DNA of 64,000 nucleotides from Candidatus Bathyarchaeia archaeon (GTDB lineage Archaea; Thermoproteota; Bathyarchaeia; Bathyarchaeales; Bathycorpusculaceae): NCBI GenBank assembly GCA_050012255.1, contig JBEKHN010000001.1, positions 32,001 to 96,000 of the forward strand, read 5' to 3'. Shown piece by piece: positions 60,539 to 64,000 of this stretch (position 1 is its first letter; each line of letters starts with the position of its first letter). The notes under the pieces were generated by a model. It saw only the letters and a program-made list of their open reading frames with translations, ran no database searches and was not told where the DNA came from. The position numbers and the translations under genes were made by a program.

Positions 60539-61012
60539 ATGCGAAAGGAAAGCAAGCCCAGCAAACGTTCGAGCACCGACATGTTCCAGATGCTAACGGA
60601 AACGGCCGAACAAGAGAAAAAGAAACGAAAAGAGGAGCTCCTAGCCCCGCTGGGCATAAAGGAATTCTTCACCGAAGGAAGCATAACCATCAACAAGAGA
60701 ACATGCAAGGGTGTTGAATGCAAGCTCTGCATAAAGGCTTGTCCAACAAACGCTTTGTTTTGGAAGCTGGGAGAAGTCGGACTTACGGAACATCTCTGCA
60801 TATACTGCGGCGCCTGCGTCTTAAACTGCATAGTGGATGACTGCATAAAGATTACGAGAAAAAGACCAGATGGAAGCTCAGAAAGATTTAGCAAGCCAAG
60901 AGACTTTGTGGCTTTGCAACACGGCATCGATACCAAAAGACGTTTTGAAAGAGTTCAAGAAGCTTTTCCGAAACCTGAAGATTACACTAGACGACGGAGT
61001 TCTAAGTCTTAG
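60539..61012 (+). CDS. 4Fe-4S dicluster protein
   Basis: CKGVECKLCIKACP and CIYCGACVLNC motifs. Confidence 0.88.
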   Translation: MRKESKPSKRSSTDMFQMLTETAEQEKKKRKEELLAPLGIKEFFTEGSITINKRTCKGVECKLCIKACPTNALFWKLGEVGLTEHLCIYCGACVLNCIVDDCIKITRKRPDGSSERFSKPRDFVALQHGIDTKRRFERVQEAFPKPEDYTRRRSSKS

Positions 61013-61107
61013 CGTCTACAAGACGTGAATTGCCCAGTCGACGAAAAAGGCCTCTTCATGTATTCTCATTTGCTAGTAGTCCAGGCAGGTAGAACTGTTG
61101 AAAGAGT

Positions 61108-61809
61108 CTATCTCCTGTCGCTTGGTTCAAGTAAGTCTTCTAAACTAGATATTCTGTTCACGCTCTCATCCTGAACTTTACCCTCACGGTCAATCAAAAA
61201 CACCCTTAGCCCACACCTTTGCGCTCCCTTGTAGTCTGTTTCCATGTCATCCCCAACGAACATAGCTTCAGGCGGCGTCGCCTTCATCTTCTCTAACGCA
61301 TAACGGAAAACCTCTGCATCAGGTTTCATCTTCCGCAAAGTGTCAACCACAACCACAACATCAAAAAAACCTTGTAAACCCACTTTGGGCAGTATCTGGT
61401 TTGTGTCGCTCTGCAATCCATTCGTTACGAGTCCTATCTTCAAACCCTTTTCTTTAAGTCGCGGAAGCATCTCTTGAGCGTCTGGATAAAGACTCACTTT
61501 GGCATAATCCCACCAGTGAGATGCAATGAACCTTGCCAGCTTTTCAGCATTCGACTTAACTCGAAGGTTACGTAGAACCCGTAAATTCAGTTGAACCCAG
61601 AACTCATCAAGAAGCTTTGTCATCTCTCGGAAATTCAGTCCTTCCCAAGATTTCACCCACTCCCTAGACACGTCTTTCAAAGAACGATTGACCCCACAGT
61701 CTCCAAGCATACTCTTCATTACATGGGGATCTTTGCTGTTGTCTATGTTGACTAAAGTGCCTCCCAAGTCAAAAAGTACTGCTTTGACTTGACCTTCGCT
61801 GAGCTTCAT
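61108..61809 (-). CDS. HAD-superfamily hydrolase
   Basis: FDLGGTL, VTN, KPD and FVGD...D motifs. Confidence 0.9.
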   Translation of the reverse strand: MKLSEGQVKAVLFDLGGTLVNIDNSKDPHVMKSMLGDCGVNRSLKDVSREWVKSWEGLNFREMTKLLDEFWVQLNLRVLRNLRVKSNAEKLARFIASHWWDYAKVSLYPDAQEMLPRLKEKGLKIGLVTNGLQSDTNQILPKVGLQGFFDVVVVVDTLRKMKPDAEVFRYALEKMKATPPEAMFVGDDMETDYKGAQRCGLRVFLIDREGKVQDESVNRISSLEDLLEPSDRR

Positions 61810-61964
61810 CTTTCTCAATGACTGAATATTATCCATCCTTTAATTTAAGATTGAGGTGAGAAGCAAAGCGCATAACGATTCGAACAAGCGAACAAGTGTC
61901 TATTGTTAGAATAGAATCTGAAGCCACAAAAGCGAGGTTCAGAAGGCGCGCTCTAGATGGAAAA

Positions 61965-63404
61965 CTATTCTGGAATTTGCCATTTTTCCTTCAGGTACTT
62001 CGGAATGTCTGACGAGTCACGGGGTCCAACCAATACTTGCCAGCCGCTCATTTCCTCGATTTCGCCGCTTAGACGTGCAGCTTTTCCTGGAATCAGCAAT
62101 TTCTTATGCTTTACCTTGCCTTCGATTCCAGAAGCTTTCACGGCATCGGCGACTTTTTCTGCAGTCAACTTTCGGCCTGCGACGGCACTGTCCACTGCTA
62201 TTCCTTCAGTGTCGATTACTAAGAGGTAGACGTTCAACTTTGCAGACTCTATGTCTGAAGCCACTGTATAGTATGTTAGCGCGAAGTTTGTGGTGAACAT
62301 CACGGGAGAGTTCTCATCAGGAGTCCCGAAAACCTTCAGTCCCGGTTCGACGGCTACTGGTTTCCGCGGGTCTGTGTAGATGTTCTGTCGCAGCACGACG
62401 GGTGGAAGAAGCGCCCAGCCGTCAACGTTGTGCATTATCAGAACGTCTGCGAAACGCGTGATAAGCATCGCAGCTAAATAGGCTTCACGCCACTTCAGAA
62501 TCTCTTCTTGAGTGTTGCCTCTGTCCATCCACGCGACTAATGGTATGCCGATTAGCGGAAAACCTGAGAGTTCATCTCCTCTTTTGCATGCAGCTCGGCG
62601 AAGCATCGTGAAGTTGCTCAGCGTGTCAGCCAAGCCTTCATCTGGAAAAGTGCCTGGGTCTAAGACGAGGTCTTGAACCCCATATTCAAGCAGGGTCTTT
62701 GTCAGAGATCTCAACAGTTTCAGATCGCCTGGCGCAAAGACTGTGAGGGGGCAGTTGTACATTTGGGACAGTTCGGCCATCTCTTTCCAGTTGTCCTTTG
62801 TGGCAGCATACAGAAGTGATCTTGTTTTTGCGGCGACCATCAATCCTGCTTCGAGGACAGCTGGGTTCAGTGAACACAGGATTAGCGGCAGTTTTGTGTT
62901 CTCAGTCACTTTCTGGACTGTTGCCTTGAACTTGTCCGGGTCGTCCGAAGTGGAACGGACAGCGATCATGTCAAGCTTCAGGGTTTGTCCTATGTATTCA
63001 AAGCTGAAGTGTTCAACCTTCCTTATTCTGTCCAACATCTCTTCTTGAGGCATTTCGTCAGTGATGTCGAAGGCTATTGCCGTTGGGTTGGAATACGTGA
63101 ACTCGTGTCGGTACATGACGAGTTTTCCGCCGATCTTGAGGGCTTTGTCTCCTATGCCTAGGACAATCTCTCTCACAGCAGGCTTCAGCATTTCCCTTAA
63201 TTGCTTGTAGGATTTCTCATTCTTCTTAGTCAAGAGCGGAGGACATTTCTCCAGCGATACTTCACGGTTCACGACCTTTGTTGCAAAGGCCATGCAGTTT
63301 TCTTCGCCGCACTCCTTGCAGTTTGTTCTGGGAAGAAGCTTGTAAACGTCAAGTGGGCTTAGCTCCTTGATTCCTGTCTTGACTTTGCTTTCTCTTTCAC
63401 TCAT
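61965..63404 (-). CDS. cdhE: Acetyl-CoA decarbonylase/synthase gamma subunit (CFeSP large)
   Basis: LPRTNCKECGEENCMAFA, YTDPRKP, TTNFALTYYTV and VGPRDS motifs. Confidence 0.97.
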   Translation of the reverse strand: MSERESKVKTGIKELSPLDVYKLLPRTNCKECGEENCMAFATKVVNREVSLEKCPPLLTKKNEKSYKQLREMLKPAVREIVLGIGDKALKIGGKLVMYRHEFTYSNPTAIAFDITDEMPQEEMLDRIRKVEHFSFEYIGQTLKLDMIAVRSTSDDPDKFKATVQKVTENTKLPLILCSLNPAVLEAGLMVAAKTRSLLYAATKDNWKEMAELSQMYNCPLTVFAPGDLKLLRSLTKTLLEYGVQDLVLDPGTFPDEGLADTLSNFTMLRRAACKRGDELSGFPLIGIPLVAWMDRGNTQEEILKWREAYLAAMLITRFADVLIMHNVDGWALLPPVVLRQNIYTDPRKPVAVEPGLKVFGTPDENSPVMFTTNFALTYYTVASDIESAKLNVYLLVIDTEGIAVDSAVAGRKLTAEKVADAVKASGIEGKVKHKKLLIPGKAARLSGEIEEMSGWQVLVGPRDSSDIPKYLKEKWQIPE

Positions 63405-63424
63405 TTGGCGTGGCGCTCCTTAGT

Positions 63425-64000
63425 TTAGGTCTTCATGGAAACCCATTGTGCGAGTTTACTAGCGTCGCTTTGGTTTCCACTTAACAGTTGGCGAGTTACG
63501 TCCTTGACGGTTTTCATTGCGGCCGGATGCATCATCATAAACAAGTCGACCCCTGCAAGCAGGAGGGTGAGCGCAGTGGTAAGTTCCCAAAGAGGCCCTC
63601 TGAGCTCACGGGGTTCCCACTCTGGAGCCATCTGCATCCAAGCTTCTCTAGCAGCCCAAGCGTTGGTAGTTCCTGAGGACATCGGATGTGCCAATTCTGA
63701 ATCTCCCATCAGGCCGGAGAGTCTGGCTCTTTCCATGTTGGTGAACGCATAGTCCAGACCGTAACCAAGCGCCGCCGTCGTCAAATCCATAACTATGTCC
63801 TCTCTTGGCAGAAAATCGTAGAGCCTACGGTTGAGCTCTCTGGCCATGTTCATGTCCATAGGAGTGAAAGACAACGCTACGTGCCCATTCTTTTTGACGA
63901 ACTTTGCGCACCTCTCAACGTCCATGTCTCTTGTTATCGAGTTTATCAGGAACCTCTCTCCTGCGAAAGTCTCAGCAACGGCTGCAAAAACATCCGCATC
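63425..64000 (-). CDS. cdhD: Acetyl-CoA decarbonylase/synthase delta subunit (CFeSP small), 5' part outside window
   Basis: IVMDLTTAALGYGLDY..MERARL, AWAAREAW, RGPLWE and MMHP motifs. Confidence 0.95.
   Translation of the reverse strand, partial: DADVFAAVAETFAGERFLINSITRDMDVERCAKFVKKNGHVALSFTPMDMNMARELNRRLYDFLPREDIVMDLTTAALGYGLDYAFTNMERARLSGLMGDSELAHPMSSGTTNAWAAREAWMQMAPEWEPRELRGPLWELTTALTLLLAGVDLFMMMHPAAMKTVKDVTRQLLSGNQSDASKLAQWVSMKT

Overview
Archaeal chromosome segment. Gene content (cdhD/cdhE, rpl13e, SmAP3-type Lsm, Pop5/Rpp30, tgtA, PEF-CTERM, BHB-intron tRNAs) suggests TACK, probably Bathyarchaeia (inference). Left to right: queC-queT with a structured leader, pdxST, gene remnants, two tRNAs (Phe-GAA, Val-CAC) with non-canonical BHB introns, a C/D box sRNA predicted to guide 23S Gm2251, an rpl15e-rpl13e-RNase P protein operon with a structured leader, and a geranylgeranyl reductase. 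Next come a surface-glycosylation cluster beside an S-layer-like gene, cofE, a large adhesin plus complete type IV pilus locus, glmM/glmU, an Lsm/PAC2/tgtA/beta-CASP/protease region, an ABC exporter and a PEF-CTERM propeller protein. The window ends with a Wood-Ljungdahl-linked cluster (tandem ferredoxin-MvhD protein, MetV-MetF fusion, CooT, cdhE, cdhD). The best novelty candidates are a preQ0/preQ1-like riboswitch before queT-queC, the MvhD-MetVF module and an unannotated multi-stem RNA beside lsm. All calls come from reading motifs by eye; no searches were run.
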